DNA from: Candidatus Omnitrophota bacterium
GTDB taxonomy: Bacteria; Omnitrophota; Gorgyraeia; Gygaellales; Profunditerraquicolaceae
DNA length: 64,000 nucleotides
Direction: 5' to 3'
NCBI GenBank assembly: GCA_041650295.1
Contig: JBAZLM010000001.1
Coordinates: forward strand, 318 to 64,317
In this document: piece after piece, positions 11,681 to 21,189 of the stretch
How positions within the stretch are numbered: position 1 is the stretch's first letter
How the letters are laid out: the number at the start of each line of letters is the position of its first letter
Program-made: the position numbers and the translations under genes
Notes under the pieces: model-generated
The model's database searches: none
What the model was told of the DNA's origin: nothing
Seen by the model: the letters and a program-made list of their open reading frames with translations, nothing else

Positions 11681-12945
11681 TTAATCACCTCAGCTACTGG
11701 TTCTGTTTCCACATAAGGCCTGACTCTCACCCAATCAAAATAAACACTGCCGGCATTAAACGCCGCATCAGATTTTAAACCAATATAGCCGGCATTTTGA
11801 TTGCCCGAATCAAAAAATTGAATTTGCGCCTGCTTCTCTTGCCTATCTTGACTAAAACGTTCAAAAAGAATTCCGCTAGCATTAATTGTGGCTTTATAAA
11901 TATAATCCGTAAGGGGTTGAATTGGCTTACTTACATTAAGCTTAGCAATATTATTAATGGCAATGGTATGCTCGGCTCCCGGATAATTGGAAGAATAAAC
12001 AATTTGTTCATAAGGAAATAAAGTTTGCGCCGAAACCTTAGAACGCAAAGTTACTTGAATCGCCGCATTCTCTGCGGCCTTAGCCTTGTACTCCAGCACT
12101 CCTTGTTTAATTTTAAAATTACGCGAAAGCACTAAACAATCTTTTAGTTGCAAATATCCGTCTTTAATTAAGCTCTCTTTATTTACTCCGGCTATAGTCT
12201 CCCATTTTTCAGGAGTTAAGAGTGGGGCATTAAAATCATCAAAAAATAAAAAAACTTTTTCTCCATCTAAATACTTAGAAACAATTTCTTTTTGAGATTG
12301 CTTAGTCCCTGCGGGACTAGCAATGACTTCATTATAATACATATAAATTTTGGTTCCCTCTTGAGGAATCTGCAAAACTTTAACATAACAATTTTCTTTA
12401 TCTTCTAAATAATAATAAAGTGGAGTTTGACCATCGCTAGCCGTAAAATAAATATCCGACCGGTTGACTTTTACTAATAATGGATAATTAAAAAGATTCT
12501 GACTACCCCCTATAACATCAATCTCTTGATGTTTTTTGTAATTAGCCAAATCCGGATTATTAAATAATTTACTAGCCCCGGAAGAATCGGTATAGCCTAA
12601 AACCACTTTTCTTAAAACACTATCCGCAGCAATCGTAGCGCGAAAACGTAATTGATTTCCCGGAATAAATCCATCACCTAACACCTGACCGTTGGCAATT
12701 TTAGTATAAGCAATCCCGCCATTAGCGCTAACTTCAAAATTTACTTCTCCGGTTGTCTCTGCAGAGATAGCAATAGACTTAATAATCCCATTAGTTAAAA
12801 TTGGTTTTGGTTCAACCGTGGCGGGTGAATCTAAATTGTATTCAAAAATTAAAGGGGGTTGCGCCACTACCGAAGCTGCCTGAACCGGTAGGACCAACCC
12901 CAAACCTAAAACACCCAAAATTATAAAAAATAAATATCTTTTCAT
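11677..12945 (-). CDS. Secreted protein of unknown function, possibly with a DUF2341-like beta-sandwich domain. The start was chosen at the internal ATG with an RBS.
   Basis: RBS AGAGGAAATAATG before the ATG at 12945. Signal peptide MKRYLFFIILGVLGLGLVLPVQAAS. The segment YPLLVKVNRSDIYFTASDGQTPLYYYLED...TKIYMYYN resembles DUF2341. Confidence 0.55.
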   Translation of the reverse strand: MKRYLFFIILGVLGLGLVLPVQAASVVAQPPLIFEYNLDSPATVEPKPILTNGIIKSIAISAETTGEVNFEVSANGGIAYTKIANGQVLGDGFIPGNQLRFRATIAADSVLRKVVLGYTDSSGASKLFNNPDLANYKKHQEIDVIGGSQNLFNYPLLVKVNRSDIYFTASDGQTPLYYYLEDKENCYVKVLQIPQEGTKIYMYYNEVIASPAGTKQSQKEIVSKYLDGEKVFLFFDDFNAPLLTPEKWETIAGVNKESLIKDGYLQLKDCLVLSRNFKIKQGVLEYKAKAAENAAIQVTLRSKVSAQTLFPYEQIVYSSNYPGAEHTIAINNIAKLNVSKPIQPLTDYIYKATINASGILFERFSQDRQEKQAQIQFFDSGNQNAGYIGLKSDAAFNAGSVYFDWVRVRPYVETEPVAEVIK

Positions 12946-13088
12946 TATTTCCTCTTTTATATCATCAATGACTTCTAGAGAAAATATACTATTTATTATA
13001 AATGATAGCAATAGCCAAACTACTCATTTCTTTTGCACATTCTACTCTATAAAAGCTGTTGGACATTTACAGTTGGACATTTCCAATC

Positions 13089-13730
13089 TTAAATATCCAC
13101 AATTTTGTTCTCAACCGCATATTTGATCAAGTCACTAGTTTTATGTAAATTAAGTCGTTTTAAAATGCTATTCTTATAATTCTCCACTGTTCGGCGGCTT
13201 ATAAACAAGATCTCGGCAATCTCTTTAGCCGTTTTACCTTCTACCACCAAGCGTAAAACATCGCTCTCGCGTTCATTTAAAGTAACCCCGGAAGGTATCT
13301 TTCCTTTTGGTTCTTTAACCGTGTCCGCTAAATACTCTGCGATCTCTTCTCCTAAATAAACTTTTCCACCAATTACCCGCTGGAGAGCCCGCACCAACTC
13401 TTCGGCCACATTATCTTTGTTTAAATAACCGCTCACCCCCTGGCGTAAAGCTTTTAAAACATAGGCACCTAATTTATGTACCGAAATAATAATAATTTTT
13501 GTTTGCGGAGAAACTCGTTTGATGCGCGAAATTATATCAAGCCCGCTAATTTTAGGCATGGAAATATCTAATAACAAAATATCCGGTTTAAATTTTTCCA
13601 CCACTTCTAACGCTTGATCAGCATTAGCCGCTTCGGCACAAACTTCATACTCAGAGTGCGGCTTAAGCACGCTCTTAATCCCGGCGCGGATGATATCATG
13701 ATCATCTACAATAATAATTCTAATCGCCAT
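13089..13730 (-). CDS. Response regulator of the NarL/FixJ family (REC plus LuxR-type HTH).
   Basis: REC region: IIIVDDHDIIRAGIK...ILLLDISMP...KIIIISVH. C-terminal HTH: LTLNERESDVLRLVVEGKTAKEIAEILFISRRTVENYKNSILKRLNL. Confidence 0.9.
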   Translation of the reverse strand: MAIRIIIVDDHDIIRAGIKSVLKPHSEYEVCAEAANADQALEVVEKFKPDILLLDISMPKISGLDIISRIKRVSPQTKIIIISVHKLGAYVLKALRQGVSGYLNKDNVAEELVRALQRVIGGKVYLGEEIAEYLADTVKEPKGKIPSGVTLNERESDVLRLVVEGKTAKEIAEILFISRRTVENYKNSILKRLNLHKTSDLIKYAVENKIVDI

Positions 13731-13732
13731 AT

Positions 13733-15085
13733 TTAAATAGGTAGCGTTACCGTAATCTGGGTTCCTTTTCCCATAACCGAATTAATCTGCATTTTCCCAT
13801 CCAATAAAATTACTCGCTCCTGTAAGCCCAATAAACCAAACCTTAATTTATCTTCTTTTTTACGCAGAGAATTTTTAATTACTTTTTCACAATCAAATCC
13901 CCTGCCGTCATCGCGATAAAATAATTTAACACTTTGCGGATTTTGTTCTATCTTTAATTCTACTTCTTTGGCTTGCGCATGTTTAGCCGTATTGGTTAAA
14001 AGCTCCTGGGTAATACGATAAAAAAGTAAACTATACTCCGGTGAAAACTCCGAGAAAAGCTGCGGTTTCAGATAATTATATTTTACCCCGGTTAGATGTT
14101 GATATTCTAAAAGCAGGGCTTCTAAGCTATCCACTAAACCAATCTCATCTAAATCCGGCGGACGCAAAAGAAAAGCAATATTGTGACTTTTTTCTAACAA
14201 TTGATCGATAATTTGCCGACACTGATTAATTTTTTCCTGTAAATCCGGATTAGCATTAGCCAGCCCCTGTTGAATTACTCCTAAATAAATTTTTAAAGCA
14301 CTTAAGTCCTGGCCCATCTCATCGTGCACGGCACTAGAGAGGCGCTTGCGCTCATCTTCTTCGACATTAATCATCTGATTAAATAAATCTTGACGATAGA
14401 TCCGTTCTTTTAGCCGGCGCCGATAAACCGCTAGCGCAATTAAGCTGCCTAAAATTAAAGCCGCCGCCAAAGATAGTTTTAAGAAAAAAATTGCCTGGTC
14501 TTTATCTTGCTTAGCCAAAACCATCTGCTGTTTAATCTCGGCTAAATTTGATTTACCCAGAGAATTATTTAAAAATTCATCAATCTTATAAGTACGATTT
14601 TCAAAATCCATTAATAAACTGCTGGCTGCCTCATTGACTTTAGCGGATGTATCTTGATCTAAGAGTTGAATAATTTTTTTCCCTAAAATAAATAGTTCAT
14701 TAAACGCCACTTCAGCTTGATTGGCCCAAACAATTTGTTGATTTAAATAAGCGCTTTGTCGATAAAGTTGCAGCTGTTGTTTAAAATTATCACCGCAGAG
14801 CATAATTTTATCCAGACTACTGGCCATCGGCAATGCCCCCAAATATCGAGAAGAGCGCCAATAAATATAATTACGCACTCCGGTAGCAAAATTCGCGTTA
14901 TTAATGCGCATCTCTAATACCGCTGATTCTAAACTTAAATTATTTTTACCTAAATCTTGGATTTTTTGGGCTAGCCCTTGGATCTGAGAGATCCCTACTA
15001 GGCCAATAAATAGGGTAAGCAAAATTAAAAAAAGAAAAGCCAAGAGGAGCTTTTTTTCTTTAAAGTTATGGATGGTTTTATTCAT
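13733..15085 (-). CDS. Sensor histidine kinase (HisKA_3 plus HATPase_c) with two TM helices and a periplasmic sensor region.
   Basis: H-box EDERKRLSSAVHDEMGQDLSALKIYL. The ATPase C-terminus reads ...GRGFD...GLLGLQERV...GKGTQITVTLP. TM segments sit around aa 13-35 and 197-220. Confidence 0.85.
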   Translation of the reverse strand: MNKTIHNFKEKKLLLAFLFLILLTLFIGLVGISQIQGLAQKIQDLGKNNLSLESAVLEMRINNANFATGVRNYIYWRSSRYLGALPMASSLDKIMLCGDNFKQQLQLYRQSAYLNQQIVWANQAEVAFNELFILGKKIIQLLDQDTSAKVNEAASSLLMDFENRTYKIDEFLNNSLGKSNLAEIKQQMVLAKQDKDQAIFFLKLSLAAALILGSLIALAVYRRRLKERIYRQDLFNQMINVEEDERKRLSSAVHDEMGQDLSALKIYLGVIQQGLANANPDLQEKINQCRQIIDQLLEKSHNIAFLLRPPDLDEIGLVDSLEALLLEYQHLTGVKYNYLKPQLFSEFSPEYSLLFYRITQELLTNTAKHAQAKEVELKIEQNPQSVKLFYRDDGRGFDCEKVIKNSLRKKEDKLRFGLLGLQERVILLDGKMQINSVMGKGTQITVTLPI

Positions 15086-15093
15086 AATTTTCC

Positions 15094-15162
15094 GTCATTG
15101 CCAGCCCGCAGGACAAGCAATCTTAATTTAGATTGCTTCGTCGCTACGCTCCTCGCAATGAC
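15094..15162. repeat. Full two-arm copy of the palindromic repeat family, in the 84-bp spacer between the secretin and kinase genes.
   Basis: Sequence is gtcattgccagcccgcaggacaagcaatc-ttaattta-gattgcttcgtcgctacgctcctcgcaatgac. Confidence 0.75.
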
Positions 15163-15169
15163 AAAGCTT

Positions 15170-17284
15170 CTATTTTTCTAATTCCTTAACTCGCTTTAAA
15201 GCCTGTTTAGTCCACTCGCTATTAGGATCACCGTATAAAACGCGTTTACGCCAATACTCCAAAGCTTTAGCATAATCTTTGCGACCTTCATTTAATAATG
15301 CCAGATTTGCATAAGCCGGACCAAAATTTTCCTTAGCCGCAAGTGCCTGCTGATAAGCCGCTTCGGCTTTATCCAATTTAGATTCTTGTTCATAAACTAC
15401 TCCTAAACTATTATAAGCAGCTGCATACTTATCATCTAGCTGTATGGCGTGCATAAAATTATCAATGGCTTCCTGTGGTTTATTCTCTGTTTGAGCCTTT
15501 AAGCCTTTTTGATAATAATCCTTGGCGCTCTTCTGCGCTTGTAAATCAATTGGCTTGGGTTTAATTATTACTGGTTTAGCAACCGGTTTAACTGGTTCTT
15601 CAACAACTTCTTTAACCGGTGGCTGAATTAATTGCTCTACCGGTGCCTTTACTGCTTGTTCCTCAACTTTTGTCGTTAGAAATATAGGCGCGGGCTTTTC
15701 CTTGACCAATAGTTCACTATCAATAGCTTTATCGCGGTCTACTTGTTTTTGTAAATTTTCGGGAAGATACATTCTGGGAATAATTTGAGTAATTTCATCA
15801 CCGCGCAACCCCCTTTCTCCGCTAGATAAATGCGGAGTCAGAAAAATAATTACCTCTGTTCTAATCTTTGATTTTAAACGATACCCAAAAAGCGCTCCCA
15901 AGAATGGAATCTTAGATAACACCGGCCAACCCTTAATCGTATCTTCTTCATCAATTCTAGTCATCCCGGCTAGCATAATCATCATGCCGTCTTTGACTTT
16001 AACTACAGTCTCAGATTGAGAAGTTTGAATAATCGGCACAGTCGTATTAGCCGATAAAGCTTGGCGACGCAAAACTGAGCTAACTTCTGGCCTAATCTTC
16101 ATGGTAATAAAACCGTCGGCACCAATTTTGGGTACTAATTTTAATTTTACACCCACATCAATAAATTCAATTGTTTCCGAAGTAATGGCACTTCCCGTAG
16201 ATTGACTAACTGCCGAAGTAACATAAGCTTCTCGCACACCCACCATCACATTGGCCTCTTGCTCATTAACTACGGAAATTCTCGGCTGCGAAATAACACT
16301 AGTGCGGCCAAAAGTCCCTAAAAATTTTAACATCGCCGTATAATTATTTGCCGGAATAGTGCCTACAGAAATTTTTTGATAATCAGCAATAATGGAATCG
16401 CTAACGGCGGGAAAATATCCGGCAAAAGTTAAGCCATCGGCAGCGGCCTGGGAAAAAACTTTTTCCCAATCGATGCCGCGTTCAAATTCATCGGTTAAAG
16501 TTAACTCTACAATCTCAGCTTCTACATAAACCTGACGACTAGGTTCATCTAACTCACGCACCAACATATTCATCTTTTGCATTTTTTGTGGCAAGTCAGA
16601 GATAATTGCTTTACCACTACGCTCATCAATAATTACTTCTCCGGTGCCTTGAGTAACCGCGGCAGTAAATTGCGCTTTGGCATCAGCGGCCTTCATATAA
16701 TTTAAATCATAAACCGTTGTCGTTAATGGCCGATCCAAATCTTTAATCGCTTTATCCATTACCTCTAATTTTTCCGGAATATCAATTAAGATAATTGTCC
16801 CGCTGGTTTCATCGACCATAATTTTACCCACATCTGATTTTAATTGGCCTAAAGCAGTAAAAATTACCGAAGGCTTAGCATAATTTAATTTTACCGTTTC
16901 AATCTTTCTTTGATCGCCATAAGCTCGCCCAAAATTCTTGCGGTATTCTGGCTCACTCATTACATAATAAACATTGTCTTTGCGATTTAAAGCCAGACCT
17001 TGGGTTAAAATAATAATATCTAGCACATCGTCAAAGGCAACATTACTTAAATACACCGTAATCCGACCAGAGACATCTTTACCGGGTACAATAGTTTTAC
17101 CGGTTTTTAAAGAAAGAATACGTAATAGCTCAACAATATCCACATTTTTCAAATCTAAAGAAATTTTATCGCTAGAGACCTCTGAAGATACAGGCGCAGC
17201 CTGCACAAAGCCAATATTAGCTCCCAAGGAATTAATTAAAAAAACAATAGCCCATAATGAAGTCAGTGTTTTATTTATTTTCAT
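15170..17284 (-). CDS. Secretin (GspD/PilQ family) with a C-terminal Pro-rich linker and a TPR domain, 704 aa.
   Basis: N-terminal secretin_N-like repeats (ITVYLSNVAFDDVLDIIL..., IMVDETSGTIILI...). Secretin core: SQPRISVVNEQEANVMVG...VGVKLKLVPKIGADGFITMKIRPEVS...PVLSKIPFLGALFG...EVIIFLTPHL. TPR tail: AAAYNSLGVVYEQESKLDKAEAAYQQALA... Confidence 0.8.
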   Translation of the reverse strand: MKINKTLTSLWAIVFLINSLGANIGFVQAAPVSSEVSSDKISLDLKNVDIVELLRILSLKTGKTIVPGKDVSGRITVYLSNVAFDDVLDIIILTQGLALNRKDNVYYVMSEPEYRKNFGRAYGDQRKIETVKLNYAKPSVIFTALGQLKSDVGKIMVDETSGTIILIDIPEKLEVMDKAIKDLDRPLTTTVYDLNYMKAADAKAQFTAAVTQGTGEVIIDERSGKAIISDLPQKMQKMNMLVRELDEPSRQVYVEAEIVELTLTDEFERGIDWEKVFSQAAADGLTFAGYFPAVSDSIIADYQKISVGTIPANNYTAMLKFLGTFGRTSVISQPRISVVNEQEANVMVGVREAYVTSAVSQSTGSAITSETIEFIDVGVKLKLVPKIGADGFITMKIRPEVSSVLRRQALSANTTVPIIQTSQSETVVKVKDGMMIMLAGMTRIDEEDTIKGWPVLSKIPFLGALFGYRLKSKIRTEVIIFLTPHLSSGERGLRGDEITQIIPRMYLPENLQKQVDRDKAIDSELLVKEKPAPIFLTTKVEEQAVKAPVEQLIQPPVKEVVEEPVKPVAKPVIIKPKPIDLQAQKSAKDYYQKGLKAQTENKPQEAIDNFMHAIQLDDKYAAAYNSLGVVYEQESKLDKAEAAYQQALAAKENFGPAYANLALLNEGRKDYAKALEYWRKRVLYGDPNSEWTKQALKRVKELEK

Positions 17285-18803
17285 TTTTTACCTCGCGGCC
17301 GATATTACTGGCTCCAGTTATAATTGTCGGGGTGATAAATATAACCAACTCTGTTTTCTCTTTAGATTTATTTTGACTACCAAATAATACACCTAAAACC
17401 GGGATGCGTGAAATAAATGGCAGACCGCTACTTTTTCTCTCATCAGTATTTTTTAATAAACCGCCGATAACTAAAGTGTTTCCGTCTTTAATTTTAACCA
17501 CTGTTTCAGCTTGCGAAGTTTGCACAATAGGAACTTTGCCATTACTGGTAGTTAAATATTCTTTAACCGAACTAATCTCCGGTTTAATCTTCATGGTAAT
17601 AAACCCGTCGGCACCAATGGTTGGCACCACCCCTAATTTTAAACCTACATCAACAAACTGTACATTATCTGAGGTAACCGTAGTAGATTCACTTTGGCTT
17701 TGTGAGGAATTAACGTAAGCCTCGCGAGTACCCACTAAAATTTTTCCCTCTTCTTTATTGACTATGACCATCCTGGGACGCGTAAGCACTTTGGTGTTAC
17801 CATATCCACTTAACAACTTCATAATGACATTATAACTATTAGTAACTAATTCTCCCACATTAATCTTTCCATAACCGGTAAGGTCCGTCAACTCAGGATC
17901 CGCCGGGAACTTTCCGGTCAACTCCAAGTTATCCATCTTGGCTTCTCTAAAAATTTTATCCCATTCAATGCCACTCTCAAAACTATCATCAACATTAACT
18001 TCTAAAATTTCGCCCGTAATTAAAACCTGGCGACTTTGTTCATCAAACTCCGCCATCAACTTTTTAATTCGCTCTAAACGAGTCGGAAGATCATAAACCA
18101 TCACCTTTAAACTACGTTCATCTAAAATAATCTGACCTACACCCGGAGTAATCAAATCATTTAAAAAACTTTTAATATCCGCAAACCTGGCGTAATTAAC
18201 ATCAAAGACCACCATCCCTAAGGGCTGATCTAATTCTGCGATAACTTGGGCGATCATCTGAGTAGTTTTATCATTATCCATTACCAGAATTGTACCCGTG
18301 GTTTCATCTAAGATAATCTTGCCCTCTTCTGATTTTAGAGTATTAATAATATTTAAAATATTGATCGGCTTAGCATAGGTTAATTTAAAAGCGCGCATCT
18401 GTTTTTGCTGAGAAAATTTTTTCCCGTAAAGTTTTTCATATTCAACAGCCGTCATTACATTTACTATTCCACCTTTGGTGTCATAAGCCAAATTTTGCAT
18501 CGCCACAATTACATCTAAAGCATCAGTAAAACTTAAATTATTAATCGCTACCGTAACTCTACCGCTAATTTGCGGTGAAATCTTGATCTGCTTGCCGCTT
18601 TTTTGGGCTAACAACTTAAAAATCTCATTAATGTTAATATCTTGGAAATTTAGAGTAATCTTATCATTAGGTAAAATACTATTGGTCTCAGCAACGCTCG
18701 GCACAGAGGTAAAATCAATCTGTCGCGGGTTCTGAGCAGAAGCTAAGCTAGTCATCAACAGTATAATAAATACCCCTAAAATAAAAAATCGAAAATTTTT
18801 CAT
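17271..18803 (-). CDS. Secretin (GspD/PilQ family), 510 aa; a paralogue of the downstream secretin.
   Basis: Contains TRPRMVIVNKEEGKILVG...VDVGLKLGVVPTIGADGFITMKIKPEISSV...LPFISRIPVLGVLFG...ELVIFITPTII. It overlaps the next secretin by 14 nt. Confidence 0.8.
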   Translation of the reverse strand: MKNFRFFILGVFIILLMTSLASAQNPRQIDFTSVPSVAETNSILPNDKITLNFQDININEIFKLLAQKSGKQIKISPQISGRVTVAINNLSFTDALDVIVAMQNLAYDTKGGIVNVMTAVEYEKLYGKKFSQQKQMRAFKLTYAKPINILNIINTLKSEEGKIILDETTGTILVMDNDKTTQMIAQVIAELDQPLGMVVFDVNYARFADIKSFLNDLITPGVGQIILDERSLKVMVYDLPTRLERIKKLMAEFDEQSRQVLITGEILEVNVDDSFESGIEWDKIFREAKMDNLELTGKFPADPELTDLTGYGKINVGELVTNSYNVIMKLLSGYGNTKVLTRPRMVIVNKEEGKILVGTREAYVNSSQSQSESTTVTSDNVQFVDVGLKLGVVPTIGADGFITMKIKPEISSVKEYLTTSNGKVPIVQTSQAETVVKIKDGNTLVIGGLLKNTDERKSSGLPFISRIPVLGVLFGSQNKSKEKTELVIFITPTIITGASNIGREVKNENK

Positions 18804-19447
18804 CTTAGTTCATATTCCCGGGCTCCGTTACTAGAATTAATTTCTAAAATAGCGGCATTACGCAAGATCGTTTTAACTTTAAACTGATCATTAAAACTCT
18901 CTCCTTTTTTAAAGATATAAGTTCGCCCATCGCCAGTGTTCTCAATCATTACTTCCGGATTATCCGACCAAATTATCCCTACTAATTTAAAACCTTTAAG
19001 TTCTTCTAAACTTACCCCTCTGTTTTCAGAAAGATCCGCTCCTTTGGCGCTAGGAGGCAGAAAGAAATTCCGTCTTAAACTTTCTGAATCGATACTTTTG
19101 CGCACCAAGCCTTGCGCTTCTCCGGTAGAAATAAATTTTGCTACCGATGCCGAATCCGCAGAAACAAAATAAGCCGCATTAGACTTAGAGATCGCCGGGC
19201 CACTAAACAAAGTAAAGATAAAAACCAAAGTTAATAAAATTCCCAAACCGATTAAAGCAGTATTAACTTTAAGTAAATTTAATTTTAAATCTTTAAAAAC
19301 GTGTTTTAAAGTCTCTAAATTAAATTTAGGCGCCACCGGATGGCCAAATGATTTTTTGGGCTCACGCAACGTACCTTGAACACGTCGGCCTTCACTTGAG
19401 CCTTCGATAATCTTTAATAATCTTTCATCCGAGGTTTGTTTATCCAT
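18800..19447 (-). CDS. Bitopic inner-membrane protein, possibly a PilP/GspC-like secretin-interacting component.
   Basis: A single TM helix (ALIGLGILLTLVFIFTLF). The C-terminal beta-rich segment FKLVGIIWSDNPEVMIENTGDGRTYIFKKGESF...ILEI resembles a PilP/GspC HR domain. The 4-nt overlap with the secretin gene suggests coupling. Confidence 0.45.
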   Translation of the reverse strand: MDKQTSDERLLKIIEGSSEGRRVQGTLREPKKSFGHPVAPKFNLETLKHVFKDLKLNLLKVNTALIGLGILLTLVFIFTLFSGPAISKSNAAYFVSADSASVAKFISTGEAQGLVRKSIDSESLRRNFFLPPSAKGADLSENRGVSLEELKGFKLVGIIWSDNPEVMIENTGDGRTYIFKKGESFNDQFKVKTILRNAAILEINSSNGAREYELR

Positions 19448-19448
19448 A

Positions 19449-20273
19449 TTAGACTACGTTACGGGCAATTAAATCCCGAATTAAGGTGGCATCCACCACA
19501 GTTTTATTACTAGTGACTAAATTTCTTAAAGCATTATGACAAATTAAATTAATCTTACGCGGATACCCTTGGCTGTAGCGCTGGATCTCGGCGACCGCAT
19601 CATCGGTAAAAAGACGCAGACTAGAGTTAAAACCGGATTGTTGAAGACGAAAATTAATTAACTCTTTGGTCTCTGGTTCATCCAATGGATTAATCACATA
19701 TTTAAGCACAATGCGATCATAAAAATTTTTAATCTCTTTAATTTTTGGTAAGAGCTCCATCTGCGAAAAAAGCACTAACTGTAACAATTTACATTCATTA
19801 GTTTCATAATTTAATAAAACCCTTAAAACTTCTAATGACTCGGCATTTAATTTCTGCGCTTCATCTATTACCAAAACAATAGTTTTATTCTCTTCAATTG
19901 CCTTAAGATAAATATGTTTCTTAATCACCTCTTTATAATCTAAAATACTGGGAGCAGGCCCCAATTGATCTTGAAGATTAAAAGTGCGCACTAATGACTC
20001 CCAAAACAACTCTTCGGTTTGCGCAGTGGGATCTAAAATCATATAAAGTAATATCTCCGAGCGCTCTTTAAACATCTGAAAGAGCTTGCGCGATAAAGTA
20101 GTTTTGCCCACCCCCACATCACCTAAAATTACGCTTAATCCTCGACGCAAGCGAATCTCTACCAATAAACGAAAAAGTGCGGCTTTATGTTCTATCGATT
20201 CAAAGAACAGCTCCGGATCCGGACTATTGGAAAATGGTTCTTTGGCTAGGCCTAAAACAGAAAAATAACTCAT
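19449..20273 (-). CDS. ExeA/GspA/MshM-like AAA ATPase, a secretion or pilus accessory protein.
   Basis: Walker A VILGDVGVGKTTL. Walker B/DEAQ: VLVIDEAQKL. Overall ExeA-like length and layout. Confidence 0.75.
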   Translation of the reverse strand: MSYFSVLGLAKEPFSNSPDPELFFESIEHKAALFRLLVEIRLRRGLSVILGDVGVGKTTLSRKLFQMFKERSEILLYMILDPTAQTEELFWESLVRTFNLQDQLGPAPSILDYKEVIKKHIYLKAIEENKTIVLVIDEAQKLNAESLEVLRVLLNYETNECKLLQLVLFSQMELLPKIKEIKNFYDRIVLKYVINPLDEPETKELINFRLQQSGFNSSLRLFTDDAVAEIQRYSQGYPRKINLICHNALRNLVTSNKTVVDATLIRDLIARNVV

Positions 20274-20501
20274 TTAACCCTTTCGCAATAAATCACAGAT
20301 TAATTTTAAAGAATATCCCTGACTTTTTAGGTCGGTGACCTTTTTCAAACAGGCTCCCACTTGACGGGCGTCATAAAGTCGATTGTTGGCGTTGCGTTTT
20401 TTAACCATTAAGATCCCTAAATTGGTGTAATAGTTAACGGTTTGATAAGAAAGATTGTAAATTTTGCCAATTTCGGTAGGTGAGATTAATGTCTTAGCCA
20501 T
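20274..20501 (-). CDS. Small MerR-family HTH protein, 75 aa.
   Basis: LISPTEIGKIYNLSYQTVNYYTNLGIL...RLYDARQVGACLKKVTDLKSQGYSLKLICDLL fits the MerR N-terminal HTH pattern. Confidence 0.65.
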   Translation of the reverse strand: MAKTLISPTEIGKIYNLSYQTVNYYTNLGILMVKKRNANNRLYDARQVGACLKKVTDLKSQGYSLKLICDLLRKG

Positions 20502-20575
20502 ATGAGGATTCCTCCGTAGCAGTATGAATTTGTCAATTATAGCAACATATAGTAAATGCTATCATGCACTATCAA

Positions 20576-20604
20576 ATGATATAATAAACTATAACCAATG
20601 TCAA
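20576..20604 (-). promoter_or_regulatory. Sigma-70-like promoter for the merR-gspA-pilP-secretin operon.
   Basis: On the minus strand: TTGACA, a 17-nt spacer (ttggttatagtttatta), then TATCAT. It lies about 70 nt upstream of the ATG at 20501, which has a GGAGGA RBS. Confidence 0.35.
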
Positions 20605-20673
20605 GCTGTATTTTAACTTGCCATAAGCTAATCGACGACGAGAACAAAAATTACTAAACAATGAAAGTAATGC

Positions 20674-21189
20674 TTAAATTTTCTTAAGTAATGAAGATAA
20701 AAATACTGACTCTGCCTTTAATAAGCAAAGATTGTGCTCTAGAATCTGTGAATGAGGAAGTGAATCTTTAAGATCCTTAGAATTAAGCATCTGGATAATC
20801 CCTAAAGATATCTTTTTTAAAATACTCAAGCGGGCGGCCAATCTGCGGCGGGCTAAATTTGCCGGTAAGTAACTTAAAAAATAAAGGCTTAAATCAAGAG
20901 TAAATTGCGGACGTTTAAAATTAAGTAGATTTTTACTTAAAAGCAGTTCAAAACGCTCTTTACCTTTTGCCGTAAGACAATAAACAAAGCGTTCTGGTCG
21001 ACGACCTTTTTTTAAAGCCTGTTTAGTCAACAAACCTTTTTTTTCTAAAATTTTTAAAGGATAATAAATGGATTTTAGTTCAACACCGGCAAAAAGGGAG
21101 AGGATCTCACGAACCTTAACTTTAATCTCATAACCGTGCTTGGGGGCTTGTCGCAGAAGACCTAATAATAGGAGCTCCTGTTCAATCAT
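20674..21189 (-). CDS. PadR-family transcriptional regulator.
   Basis: LLLLGLLRQAPKHGYEIKVKVREI...YYPLKILEKKGLL matches the PadR winged helix. Confidence 0.75.
   Translation of the reverse strand: MIEQELLLLGLLRQAPKHGYEIKVKVREILSLFAGVELKSIYYPLKILEKKGLLTKQALKKGRRPERFVYCLTAKGKERFELLLSKNLLNFKRPQFTLDLSLYFLSYLPANLARRRLAARLSILKKISLGIIQMLNSKDLKDSLPHSQILEHNLCLLKAESVFLSSLLKKI

Noticed and set aside
9575-12295. Short ORFs at 9575-9760 (-), 10104-10340 (+), 11430-11684 (+), 11797-12021 (+) and 12086-12295 (+).
   Set aside because: They are embedded in, or antisense to, well-supported larger genes, with no start or RBS context. Typical AT-rich spurious frames.
16974-19172. Plus-strand ORFs 16974-17387, 17404-17718 and 18936-19172 opposite the secretin and PilP-like genes.
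   Set aside because: Antisense to conserved secretin-domain coding sequence; judged shadow ORFs.
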